Of a DNA stretch of 64,000 bases, positions 1 through 13,110 are shown piece after piece. The stretch is from Chrysomallon squamiferum (Eukaryota; Animalia; Mollusca), in the NCBI GenBank assembly GCA_012295275.1, contig CM022675.1, positions 17,174,001 to 17,238,000 of the forward strand. Reading direction: 5' to 3'. A program made the translations under genes and the position numbers. Each line of letters begins with the position of its first letter. Within the stretch, counting starts at the first letter, position 1. Under the pieces are notes generated by a model, which searched no databases, was not told the origin of the DNA, and saw only the letters and a list, made by a program, of their open reading frames with translations.

Positions 1-757
1 ATTTCAGACTATTTTCTCCAAACAAAGGGGTTTTTTTTAACACTTTATGCTGTATATATTTTCAAACATTCTTTTGGGAAAAAAAAAAAATAACCATCCA
101 ATGGAAAATAAACTGATCTTTTGCATAAAATTCTTTTGTCTTTTATGTGAAACATTTATGACTGCACCTATCTAATACTGGATGCATGAAATTTGTAACT
201 GTTGTGTGAATAGAATTTTCATTAAGAAGTGAAAGAAGAACCATCAGCTGGCAAAATGTAGGTGCAATTTACATACAGAATTTATCCAGTGCACACTTTT
301 CTGTGTACCTTTTAATTGTTTCATTTAAATGATTTTTTTAATATAATCATTTAAAGCTTTTCATTTGTGTGCTTTTAAAAACATTTGTCAAGGCACTGTC
401 TACACTGTATTGTATTTGTACATGCATATTAAACTGGCATGATGTTAGATGTAGCTGTCTTACATTCGACTATTTGATTAGCAAGTATGTTTCTATTTTT
501 GTTAACATTCATTCCTGGTCTAAAATTATTCTGATTAATAACATAAAAAATTATATTTTTAAATTATTAATGATATATATAAAAATTATAAACAAAAGTT
601 TACGTCAGAAATTCCCTGATATACTGTTAACATAAAATACATTTTTTTTTTTTTTTTTTTTTTAAATGGAAACTTAATTACTGATTACATATTTATTACA
701 CAACTACCCAATTCCATGTGTGATATTGGCATTTCATTCATTCAAGTATCATCTTGA

Positions 758-788
758 TCAAATATCTTCTGGATCTGACAGATCCTCA
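758..788 (-). CDS. GGACT: Candidate alternative terminal exon of GGACT (SEDLSDPEDI*)
   Basis: Strong acceptor ttttctttttctgttccag ending at 789; phase fits an internal donor AG|GTGTGA after 1473; AATAAA at 697-692 downstream. No transcript evidence. Confidence 0.55.
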
Positions 789-1411
789 CTGGAACAGAAA
801 AAGAAAACTAGATACAAAATCAAAATTTTATTTTCTATAACATAAACAAAAAATAAAAAGTTGATTGATATGGTACAAGTATTAAAAAGTTATGTATAAG
901 ACTAGATGGTCACTCCTTTGTTATAATACTGTTATTTGCTTTATAGTTCTGTCAGAATATGTTTCACAATTTTATTATCAATAACTGAATAAGCAAGATA
1001 AAATTATTACAAAAAGAATATACAGATGTATAATTTTTAAAAATTACTTTTTTCTTAACAAATTGATCAGTAACAATATATAACAAACGTGATTATCTGG
1101 TAACCCTAGAAGTTGTTATGATTAAAAAGGTACAATAATAAGTTTTTGGGTTTGTATTATTTCATAATTAAAATGTTTCTAACAATGATTTCTGTTCAGT
1201 TATTTCTTTGGAGAAGTAATGCACCTTGATAGTAAATCATAAAAATATCTACAGCTTGTTGTGTAAAACATAATAATATATCATAAATGTGTACACTAAA
1301 ACATATTAATAATTTGATTTTTTTTAAAAACTGTAAACAATAACAATTATCTACTCTTGACTGCATAAATTAAAGCAACATTTTAATTTATTTCTAAAGA
1401 AACGGCCATAT

Positions 1412-2718
1412 TCAAGATATCACATCTGTTGCTGGATGATAACCATTGTTAGCTTGTCTATCTCTTTCACACCTGGTCACATAATGCAATCCATGAGAAC
1501 CGTACGCTTCATAATTCTCAAACATGGTACCATCAAGTAATTGTGGCTTGTATTTTTTTAAGAAGTAACAGTCACATTCAACTTCCACATGCTCCATTAA
1601 CGCCTTGTCTTCAGCATCATGTGTTTGCATGACTGTAATAATGTCTCTTTCATAGAAAGTAGGATGACATTCAAATTCATCCAGTGATTCCTGCATTTTC
1701 TCATCAATTTCATAGATTTCACCAATGACATTCTGAAAAATATTGTATAAATTTCCTATTACTGTTGACCCATAACTGTTTCTGGAAATAAGGAACAAAG
1801 GAAAAACCACAAAGTTTGAACTTACAACTATATCCCAGTTGAAACCTTACTTCTAGATACTGTTTGTCCCACAACAAGGTAGGAATAAATTTTATAAATG
1901 CACCCACAACTATCCTAATCTAACATCACAGCAAAACCTACATTTTTCTTCATCTGTACTGTATCATATTTGTTTACATTATTGTTTATGTTTGTATACT
2001 GTCATTACGTTATTATATAGCTGTTATGTATACTAAAGTTTAATGTTACAGTAAATTTTTGGGGTTATGTTTGCATTTGCTATTTCCAGGACTGGTGCTC
2101 TTTCCTATCAGTCACTGAAATCGAGGGTCAGCAATCATTATAAATAACTAAATATACGTGTTGAATCATGCAATGTGTTATACTGTCATCAACTTTTCAA
2201 GTAAATCAGCAGAATTCTACGTTTTTGTTTATTATAGATATTTAATATACTGGGACTTTTAGCACTCCATTGTTGAAGTGTTTCCAATCTAATGTCCGAA
2301 ATGATCATGTTTTATAGCGACGTTTTCCCTTCCATAGAGCGTTAAACAACAATAAAACACTCCTAATAATCATTAATTAATATTTAAATGAACTGAGATT
2401 TTCTTTAAAAAATCCATTTTATATCGTAAGTACATACTAAAAAATGCAGTAAATGTTACAAAGTATTTTCTACATATATCATTCTTCATTCTGGTAATGA
2501 ACTATTCTGAAAAAAATAATTACCTGTCCTTTTCCGTCTACGAAGAGTAAAAAGGGTATGTTGTACTTGGAACCAATAACAAGCGGAAAACGTTTAATGG
2601 TTTTGCCTGTACCCACCAAAGCACACGATCCGAACTCTTTGCCAAGCCGGTAATGATTTGGTTGACCACGTTTTAATGTTCCGTACATGAAAGTCAGTAT
2701 TTTTTTCTTGGACGACAT
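1412..2718 (-). CDS. GGACT: Gamma-glutamylaminecyclotransferase (GGACT/AIG2-like), 2 coding exons, 171 aa
   Basis: Exons 2718-2524 and 1732-1412, phase-0 GT-AG intron. Protein has FMYGTLKRGQPNH, FPLVIGSKYNIPFLL, VIGEIYEID, LDEFECHPTFYER (catalytic Glu region) and GSHGLHY, collinear with human GGACT motifs. Confidence 0.93.
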
Positions 2719-4180
2719 ACTATATGAATTAAAACACAGTTTACAATATATTAGATAGGAAATATCTTATCTTAAATTTATTAACATGTAATTATATCAC
2801 ATGACATTGGTTTTCTGCCTACACATTTCTTTTTACATGCGTCGATTAGCAATAACATAATTATAGAGGCAATCGTGTTTTAGAGTTATATCCCCTGATT
2901 CACTGCCGTCTTAGCTTTAACATGTCATGTATAACTATCATCTTATGTTTATCGTTTTTTCTTTAAAAACTGAACTGTATTTTACTTCTTTAATTTTTCA
3001 TTATGGTAAATATGCAATTTGGTTGTCATTCTGACCATTATTATTATTATTATTATAATTATTATTATTTTTATTTTAGTCGTGCGTTAAATATATCTAA
3101 CCATTATTAATCATCAATTTAATGGTATTAATAGATGAAATTCTAAATAATATCATGGATTGTTGTTTTTAGCAGAATTTCTTCAACATAACCAGAACAT
3201 TGCTATAGCTTATCATTTTTCTTTTACTTTGTTTCTTTCAAAGAAGTTAAAACACCAAGACCAGCATTCAAACTAATGCAAATTCTGGGCACATAAATTA
3301 ACAGTAATGTTTTATTTATTTATTTATTTTTACTTTTTATTTATTTATTTATTTGTTTGTTTGTTTGTTTGTTTGATGCTTTAGGTTATTCATCATCCAG
3401 CAGCAGAATCTCTTAGTTAATTTTTCAATGAACAGAAACATATGAGAGGAAAACTTATGCTGGTTCTATTCAACATTTATAGTATGAACACTGTATGATT
3501 ACACTGGATGACAGATACCATATTTTCTTTTTATAAAACAATTTCTGTTATGGATGGAACAGTAAATAGTCTAATGTAAACAGTTGATTGTACTTATCCT
3601 TAAAACAACAGTATCAGACTAGTGTTCTCCTCACTGATGGGCCTTCTGCTGGTTCTGTGTTTACAAACCTTTGCAAATATTATTTCATGCTGTACAGCCA
3701 AATTTCAAAAATTCCTTCACTTCAATTATGCAACAACCACTCAATAAAAAAAAAAAAAAAAAATTGGCTTCAATTGGAAAAAACAAGTACTTTTCAGAAA
3801 TTAACAATAACAAGTGATTATTCCATAATCATGAAACATCAATTTATAACTTGAACGAATTGGAATATATTAATTTTGTTTTCATGTTCATTTCATATCT
3901 CAAAAGAAATTAAGAATTTTAATTTATCATTATTTATTAACAGTATTTTAATAGTATGACTATTTGGAAACAAATTTATAGATTTATATCGTCTGGTTTA
4001 ATGATTTAAAATAAATAATGATTTATCATACTGAGATAATGCTGGAAAAAATTATTATAAAATTTAATTAAAATATTCTTCGATAATTTTTGAACAAATA
4101 ATACATTTTTGATAAGCATTCTTTAAGTATAATATTGGGCACTTTTATTTAAAAAAATTTTCATGCAAAACAAATAAAAC

Positions 4181-4252
4181 AAAATAAAATAAAATAAAAT
4201 AAAATAAAATAAAATAAAATAAAATAAAATAAAATAAAATAAAATAAAATAA
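4181..4252. repeat. (AAAAT)n pentanucleotide microsatellite
   Basis: Direct reading. Confidence 0.95.
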
Positions 4253-6628
4253 TAAATAAATAAATACATATACACAGAGAAAGAAAGAGAGATAAAATTA
4301 GTAAATATTTTGAATAAAAAATGTCTTTCCTATAAAAGCAAATGCAAATAAGTATGTTACAGATGTATGAAAACAAAACTCATTTATAAATATACCAATA
4401 CGTTAATTTATGAATGATGGTGAAACTTTTCAAATGTAAGATACATGACATTAAAAAATACCTGAAATTCATAAGTGGCAATAAATCACTCATTTTGTTG
4501 ATTAATTTTCATATATATGAATATTTCATGATTTGTAACATGTTTTGATGAGTGTATAACACATTAAGTTAAAGAAATATTAATAAACAAACCATAAATG
4601 AGCTAAGTAAATTAAATATATTTATGGGTCTTAATAAAAAAAAAAAAAAAAATAAATAAAATCCCAAAAGCAACTGAGAATTTCCACTCTTTTATCTAAA
4701 GTAGCTTCCTCAACAAACATTTAAAATAGGTGACATACAGGTATGATGGATAACAAATATTCAACTTTTAAGGCTAAGAACTAGTAGCTCATTTTATATT
4801 AAACATTTTTTTAATGTATTTCAAAGATAATTTGTTGAATATCTAACACGAGACAAGAGTCATCTTTCCATTTGGTTTTAGTATTTTAAAAAAAGATGTT
4901 AGAATAATGACTGGTCCTGCTAGTAAATGTATGATGTATAACATAGCTCCCCAATCATCCAGGATTATGTATCATGACAGCAGCATACAATAAAGCCATG
5001 AGGTAGTTAATCTAATTATTTGATCTGTTGATAAACAATATACTGTATAGTGAAACAATGTTGCCAATTAACTGATAAATAAAACTATTTCTGAAACAAA
5101 ATCTGAGGAAATGGATCATAAATATACTCGAGAATTATCAGATAACAAAAATCCAATGAAATCACACATTCAAGCAAATCATTTTGTAACTATAAATGAT
5201 GCTTTATATTAAAAGTGTTGTTTTCCAAAGCATTTCAGGTTTGGGGTAATGGACTGACAATGAAAATCTGATAATGTCACAAATGAGATACAAGTTTTTT
5301 CTAAAGATTCACTGTTTGTATCATAATACTATCAAACATTATGACTTAGTCAATTCAAGTACTATTATTGTAGTAAAAAAATGTGCTGAAACTATTAACA
5401 CATCTGTATTCTGACAACTGAAACTTTCATTAAGAAATATTAAAAAAACACTGAAAAAAAACACATTTTTTTCTACAGTTATAAAGTGGCTGTTATTATC
5501 TATGATTCTATGATGTGGTGGATGTAGATGAGAATTTTAATAATATGACAAGTTTATTATGTGGAGAATGAATTTTAATTTATGGCTACTACATGTTTTT
5601 TCTCTCCTTTTCAGAATATAATGAAACTCCTTTTTGATGAAATAGCATTTAAGAATTCAGTGGTGGTCTTAAAGGTTTATAATATAAATCCAAATATTTA
5701 CTGCCAGTATTACTAAATTTATATTATGTTCTTTAAATTAAAAGTTACTTTGTAATTTTTGTCAAACAAGTAAATAATTATTATTGTTTGAACTGACAAT
5801 GGATATTCATAATATTTATGTTTAATCTATTTCATGGTTCTGACTTTTTTATAAGGAACAAGAGTATTCAAAGGCACCTTTCCAGACATGAAAACAAACT
5901 TGGGAAGAATGGCCTTTGATAAATTAGTTACATGGCTCCGAGTTCCAATTTACTGTCCTTATCATTCTTAGAACATAAAATTGATAAATTAACATATGGT
6001 AAAAAGAATCAAAGAAAACATTTACTTATGACATATTCTGCCATTCATTTTGAGAACTAATATGGTATACTTTAATCATCATTATATAAAATTGATTCTG
6101 TGTGACATTAATTATACTATGTTTCTTTACATCTGGCACAAAAGAACAAGAAAAAAAAGAAACTGAAATAGTATTTAATGTTTTATAAGAATGTTTTATT
6201 CTAATATTATATTTTTACTGAGATACTTATAAATGACGCAATAATTTTTATTTCAGTTCTTTCTAGGAATTTAATTTCCAAGTACTACATGAACATGAAA
6301 TAAATATGCAATTTTATTTTTTAACAAACTCAGGAAGAATAAGCTGAAGTGTTTGTTTCTTAACAAAAATATACATTTTTACAATTCATTTTTCATGAAA
6401 TGTTCTCAGAAATTATATTTGTGTTATGAAAATGAATTTGTCAAAATGTTTGTCAATATTCCATTACTAATGAAAAAAAAAAAACCTCTGTCAAAATATT
6501 AATCTGGGGCAGATAGTTATCATGTTAAGAATATATTATTTTATTTTATATAATACCTTTTAGATGAAGTCTATTAAACATGACTTGTCTCAAACATTTG
6601 GTTTTAAATTTAATATAATAAATACATA

Positions 6629-9600
6629 TTAAAACGCAATTTTCTTCTTCTTTTTAGATTTTTCTAGTTTCTTTTTTTTATCTTCCTCTTCCAAACGTCT
6701 TTCCAAAGCTTGTCTTCTCAAAAGTTCAACATTCTGTAAATATAAAATAATAAAAATCCCAGTACCAACATCTACAATTACTGAGATTCTGCATGTACCG
6801 ACTGTTCACCCAAGTTCAGGTTTCAGGATGTTCAAGTATTCAAATTTCATAATATTTAATGCAGTTCTGATGGTGAATAATGTATATTTCATATTGCAAG
6901 AAATGCACTGTATCATATTTGGTAAATCAAGTAAATAACAAAATCAATAAATGACACCATTCAAATGAAACTGACAAATATGCACATGTGCATATGCAAA
7001 TTCCTTTCCAGATATATAAAACTGCAAAAACAAACAATGCATACATTACCGAAAACCAATTTATACATAAAACAGGAAATAAATACCAAGTTTCAGTATT
7101 TTCAGATTTCTAAACGCTGCAGAAAGTAATCAATCTGAACTCAAGTGTTAATAGCACTAGATGTGTACTACAAATATTTAAACAAACCTTCAACAAAAAA
7201 CCCACCATAACTAAGTTAGTAACTTCTAATAGAAATGTGACAATTAACAAATATTAAAAATCATTTCTATAATTCTAAATCCAGTTGGCATGATTTCTTC
7301 AAGAAATCCTTTTTCATACAAACTCTTTAGTGGAATAGCATGTTTGACATGATACACTCATTTGTAAGCAAAACAACATCAGTCATTGAATTATAATGCT
7401 TAACTCAATAGTTATTTGAAGTCTATCTGCAATTATTATGTAATGAGACCCCACACAATGTAGAAACACAGGTGACTTTGAAACAAGCGGTTGACCATTA
7501 TCACATTTTGAGTTTTCAAAGGCTAATTTTTGTTAACAGTAAATGACATAAAAATATCAATGTTTGATTAATCAAAGGTCATTACTTCTAACTTTTATAG
7601 GACCAAGGTTCTTGAGAAATCAACACTCAAGTTATCCATATTTCACTCTGAATATGTTTCTAATATATATATATATACATACATATATTATAAATAGGGA
7701 TGGAGGACAACAATACAAGATTTTCAGATACTTTAAAAATTGAAATATGCACAGAATAATACCTTTACAGGGCTTTCATCCGATACTGGACTTTTTGTGG
7801 GACTGTTTGGAGAGGCTGTTTTACCAGTGGCTGCTGATAGTGGTAATCGATCTGTCCATGAAGGAATACTTGCACCTGAATTAACACCAGCATTCAGACT
7901 GTCATCATCCTCAAGACTGTCGGACAATTCATCTGTGAAATATATTATCAATTAACAAATAAGAAAAACATTAAAAAAATGGAAAAAAGGAACAAAACAT
8001 AACAAAAGAACTATAAATGAGTAATGAGCTGTAAAACTATTAAAATAATGTTAAAATTAAAAAAAAAAAGTACTATAAACTAACTGTGCAGACAGTTTAA
8101 TTCTATTTCAGGCTGATAACTTAATAAAAATAGTTTGTTCTAACATGGAACTTTCTATCAGATACAATCTTACTATTTTAACAGACTATTAAAAGAATTC
8201 CAAAAAACAGCGAAAAACCCCAATAATTATAGTGAAATTAATAATTTAATAAAAAAAATAAGTTAAAAAAAATAAAAAAATAAAACCAAGAATTAAATAA
8301 ACAAATATTTAATTATAGAGCTGAAACTATGAAAGAAAGAAGCAGAAAATAAAAGGAGAATACTTAACCTTTTGCCGGTGAATGATGTAACCATGAATAT
8401 TTTGTCATTATTTCATGATAGAGATTTTGGCTATCTTCATTAAATACTGCAGCTCCAAAATTTTTAACAAGTGTTTCAAAATCCTAAATAATGAAATATT
8501 TTATACTGTCAGTATAATCATATTCAAGACTTAGCAACATATTTTCTATATAGAGATGTGGATAAAATCTATTCAGCTTTTAATGTGGAAAATAGCATGT
8601 TTATGCTTATTATTATTTACTTTTTTAACATGAAGGGATTAAATATAAGTATTATGAATGTCCAAGCAATAATAATTATCTACTTGTTTGACAAAAATTA
8701 CAACGTAACTGTTAATTTAAAAAACAGTATAAATTTAGTAATAGGTGCAGTAAATATTTGGATTTATATAAACCTTTGAGACCATCATTGAATTCTTAAA
8801 TGCTGTCTCATCAAAAAGGACAGTTTCATAATATTCTGAAAAGGAGAGAAAAAAACATGTAGTAGCCATAAATTAAAATTCATTCTCCACATAATAAACC
8901 TTAGAAATAAAGAATAAAAGAGCCCCCTTTGCTATATCATATGTAAAACAAGTAATAATAATAAGGATAATAAAATATATTTTATATGATTATTATATGG
9001 TGATCAATAAATCAATTAATATAGCACAGCTTAGTAATAATTTATTCATTTATAATAAAGATGAACAATTCCTTCCAACTTTACTATTAATGTCTCTGAT
9101 AGCACCTAAATAATTAATTGTCAAAGATGATCTCTAATAAAAGAAATGTTCCTATTCACAACATACTTCTCGATACAGAGACACCCTGAGATTTATAGTC
9201 ATCTATTTGTTTATCCTTTGCCATGATGATTTTTATTAGTTCTTGTTGTCTTCTACTTAATTCAGCTACCATAACCAACAGGGGTTTGGTCAGATGATCA
9301 GAAATCTGCCAGAAAAAATAAAAGTACTAGTATATACAGCATTGTAATAATTATTTTAAAAACTTGCTTTTCAGAAATATAATTTATTATCTTTGAAGTT
9401 GAGTGATTTAGAATTAGTAAATAAAACACACATTTATCAACATTACAGAAACAGAGTATGAAAGGACAAAATTATATAATTATACATATTTCATGCCAGT
9501 TTTATAAAAATCCAATGGAATTGGTTTGAAGATTTGATTCTGCTCTTTGCCTCCTTAATGCTAATTTTAGAATAAACATTTGACACAATATGAATCAATG

Positions 9601-11462
9601 GTTCCCAAACTATTTGGATCACTGCCTTCTTGACTTCCTATCTTCATCCCTAATATTCCTCTCCAGTCATTCTTTAAGAGCTTTAAAGCTGTAACTTATT
9701 TTGATTTACAAGGCATTCTTAATGATCAAGAGTTTTTGTCTTTATTGCCCACTCAGAAATTATCACTGCTCCTAAGCTTTCTACTGACGATTTATCCAGT
9801 CCATAATTCTTATTATCTTCATTTCGTTACATTGTGTATCAAACTACAATTACAGTTCAAATGTTTCTTTGTGCTTACTATATTAAAATATGTTTCATCT
9901 AAAATTTATAATTCATTGACTCACTTCATATTAGAAAATTCAGTCAAATAATAGTAGTTTTTATATCTTTGCTTTTTAACTGGATCATATGCTTTTTAAC
10001 ATAGAGAAAATAACTGAAAATTAGTGGTACCATCTTGACAATATGGAAAGCAATGTTAAGACCAATTAGAGCAAATATGGACAAAACCTGTGTGACAATA
10101 TTACAATGGATAACAGCTCTCTACATTATGAGGCAGATTGTCACTGGATATTTTTCCATTATATATAATTCATATTCATATAAACAAGGGCATTCTAGTG
10201 TGACACATTTCATATAATAATAAAGTCTTACTGAAGTATTTCATATTCGATATACAATTAAATTCAAAATAAATAGATCAGAACAAAAAAAATAAGTTTG
10301 TTAATTTTTTCTATTTTTTATTTTTATAGAAACAGATAACAAATAAAAGAATTAAAGGATGAATCAATTATTAAAATGTTTTCATTTGCTGACGGATAAA
10401 CAATGACTAAAAAAAGAATATTAAAATGTTATAGGATAAAGCTATTAAAGAAATATAATATAAAATTAATAAAATGTGGATAAATATATGGTAAATCAAT
10501 GTTAAGAAAAATGTAGTGGATGAACTGTCCAGAATAAATTTTTGGAAAATGAAAAATTGTCCATAAATAACCTTTGATTGGATGAATTTCTCACAGACAA
10601 ACTGGCCAAGGAACAAATAATTTGCATCCCTATCCAAAAGTGTGGTATTATTTATTTTGAAAACCACTGAATAGATATTATGTTAATTTATTACTCTTTA
10701 TATAACATTTAGATGCATGACACATTCTATTTTCACTAGAAGAGCATCATACCATTGAAACCTCAACTGACTGGCAAATGAAATTCCAGGAAAATGGCAT
10801 ACCAGCAAGTTGTGAGTCAATAGTGAGGACAAGCGTTTGTCTACCACCTTCACCATGTGACTTAAGCACTACTGATAGAGCTGTTCCTTTTGATGGTTTC
10901 TCTAAGTTTCCTTTAATAAGATCAAGAATTTTGGTCACTGGAGCTTCAATGCTAGGATTTAATTTCTAAAACAAATAGACAAATATATTAAAATTATCAA
11001 GATAAATATTGTCATATAATCAGATTATTGTTATATTGATTTGTTACTAATATTTTCAAACTTCTAATATTATGTAAATAATATATGAATATCAAACAAT
11101 CTGTAAATAATACACGAATATCATGTGTGCTTTTGTATTTTCGTTTAAAAACAGCATTTTATTATTTATTTTATCATAATATTGTTATTATCGTTTTTGT
11201 TACCTTAAATTACTAAATGCTTAAATGAAAATCGTAACCAAAAGCTGTAGATACGGGAACATACCTCTATTCTCTTTTTCAATGCCGTTTCTGATAATTT
11301 TTCATACCAGAACCATACAAGATCGGTAAGAAAAATTTCACACGAACCATGTGTAAATTTGGATTTTACTAGAAATTGTCCTGAATCAATTTTCAGAGGC
11401 TGCCAGGAGCAAGCTTTTAGATCTGGGTGCCACCTGCGCCTCCACTGAATTTCATCTGACAT
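6629..11462 (-). CDS. NHEJ1: Non-homologous end-joining factor 1 (XLF/Cernunnos), 7 exons, 333 aa
   Basis: Exons 11462-11265, 10965-10753, 9305-9167, 8835-8774, 8483-8369, 7932-7763, 6733-6629 (1002 nt, all GT-AG, phases consistent). Motifs LTDLVWFWYE, KLNPSIEAP, SQLAGMPFSWNF, SDHLTKPLL, KDKQIDDYKSQG match the XLF head and coiled coil; C-terminus KKKKKIAF resembles the XLF Ku-binding motif. Confidence 0.93.
10182..10258 (+). repeat. ~75-bp dispersed direct repeat, copy 1 (copy 2 at ~12679-12752)
   Basis: Shared aaacaagggcatt...tgtgacacatttcatataataataaagtcttactgaagtatttc...attcgatata in both places. Confidence 0.85.
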
Positions 11463-11785
11463 GTTAAATAATGTAAATGCATAAAAGAAAATTATAACTT
11501 AATTCCTATTAATTGTTTACCGGAACAAGGAAATAAACAGGAAGTAGCAATACTACTGATATTACGAGAACAATTTTTTGGAACCAATTTATCTTTTAAA
11601 GTTTACAAACTGAGATATTAATCAGTATATTACGCATTTTCTGAAGTTTTTTGTTTTCTGTTGTCAAATGTTAATTAATAACGAAGTATAACAACAAAAG
11701 TGTACAGTTTAAAAATATCTAGCCGATGCCACGATTCTGCCGGCGTGGCGTCATCGGGTATTGAGAAGATGTGTTTGCTCTAAGG

Positions 11786-12500
11786 CAGTGATTCTCAACC
11801 AGTGTGTCGCGGCACACGTGTGTACCGCAAAATTTTGTAGAAAAAGAAAATCGAAATTTCATTCGTAGTCATTGCTTTCTACATAGAGAAGTTCTTGTTT
11901 AAAAAAATCGCAGGAACATTTAAAGGTTGTGTTACATCAAGTTATTGGAATGGTATATTATATAAAAAGTAGGCCACTGAAGTCACGATTATTTGAACAA
12001 CTGCAAAAAGATGGACTCTCAGCATGTTAAGTTATTAATGCACACCTCGCTCGCTGTCGAAAGGCGAAAGTACTAAATCATGTTCACGAACTGCACAAGG
12101 AATTACTATCATTTTTTCTCCAGGAAAAGCAGGAGAAATTCTGTGAATACCTTAGTTGCGAATTTTGTTTGTCTAAAATGGAATACCTAACAGAAATATT
12201 TAGTGAATTAAATAAAACAAACAGTAGTATGCAAGGTAAAAACGAAAATATTCTCACTTCAACAGACGAGTTAGTTGCCCACAAAAAAAAAAAAGAGCAA
12301 TCGCTGGCAATCTTGATATGTTCCCATTATTGCATTCTACCTGCATTAGAGAAATGATCGCTATTGTGTTTACTTTTCTGACAGCCCTGGACGAAAGCAT
12401 CTTATTCATATATATTTTTCATAAATATTTAGCCAGGTGTGCCGCTATTTTTTCATGTGTTCCAAGTGTGCCGTTAGCAAAAAAAGGTTGAGAACCACTG
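11786..12500 (+). mobile_element. Internally deleted hAT (Buster/Charlie-type) DNA transposon, 715 bp
   Basis: TIRs CAGTGATTCTCAACC / GGTTGAGAACCACTG; 8-bp TSD ctctaagg (11778-11785) / ctctgagg (12501-12508) with central TA; decayed transposase RPLKSRLFEQL...LSKMEYLTEIFSELNKTNSSMQGKNENIL. Confidence 0.9.
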
Positions 12501-12849
12501 CTCTGAGGTTTATAATTCTAGCGGTACAGAGAGTTAGTTATCTGTCTGCCAAGTACGCGATTGTCACCACGACTGCATTTGTTAAGGGTTAAAATGTAGG
12601 CATTCAAATGTTTTGTAGGAATATCATCTTAATGTCACATTTTGTTACGAATGGTTCGAAAACGAATGTAGTTGAGAAAAACAAGGGCATTATTGTGACA
12701 CATTTCATATAATAATAAAGTCTTACTGAAGTATTTCGCATTCGATATATAATTTTATTATTATGAACAGAATAAAGTAAAATAAAATAAACCAATCTTG
12801 TGAGATAAAACAATCACTATATACCGATATTACAGTAACCAAGCCATCA

Positions 12850-13110
12850 GAACTGCTTGTAAAATATGTTTTCAAGTCAAAATTATTAAATAAATGTTCT
12901 TACGAAGCGTAATCTGTCGTCTTTGTCTTGTTTTCTCAAATACAGATACATATTTTTTTCATAAAGTGGATTCTTTCTGAAGTCGGATCTTGTCAGAACG
13001 TTTTGAGGATGGACATACTGGAATTAGTTTCGCTGGTCAACAGTGGTCTTTCTTGTGGAAGATGACTTTCCGATTTAAAACCTAACTGCTTTGTTTATAA
13101 ATGCTCTGGG
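12850..13110 (+). other. Probable non-coding first exon of LNPK (5' boundary approximate)
   Basis: Less AT-rich patch ending in a consensus donor GG|GTGAGT at 13111; an acceptor-like tttag lies just upstream of the LNPK ATG. Inference only. Confidence 0.4.

Noticed and set aside
641-663. Poly-A tract on the - strand after AATAAA suggesting GGACT is a retrocopy
   Set aside because: The gene has a canonical intron and long A/T runs are common throughout the window.
7740-7955. Antisense ORFs overlapping exons (also 10778-10969, 20192-20440, 55091-55321)
   Set aside because: Shadow frames of real exons, with no splice or motif support of their own.
9597-9630. caatggttcccaaact, resembling a hAT/Charlie terminal repeat
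   Set aside because: No matching opposite end or TSD found.
12169-12357. 62-aa ORF as a domesticated ZBED/FAM200-like gene
   Set aside because: Frameshifted fragment inside a 715-bp TIR/TSD-bounded element; most of the transposase is missing.
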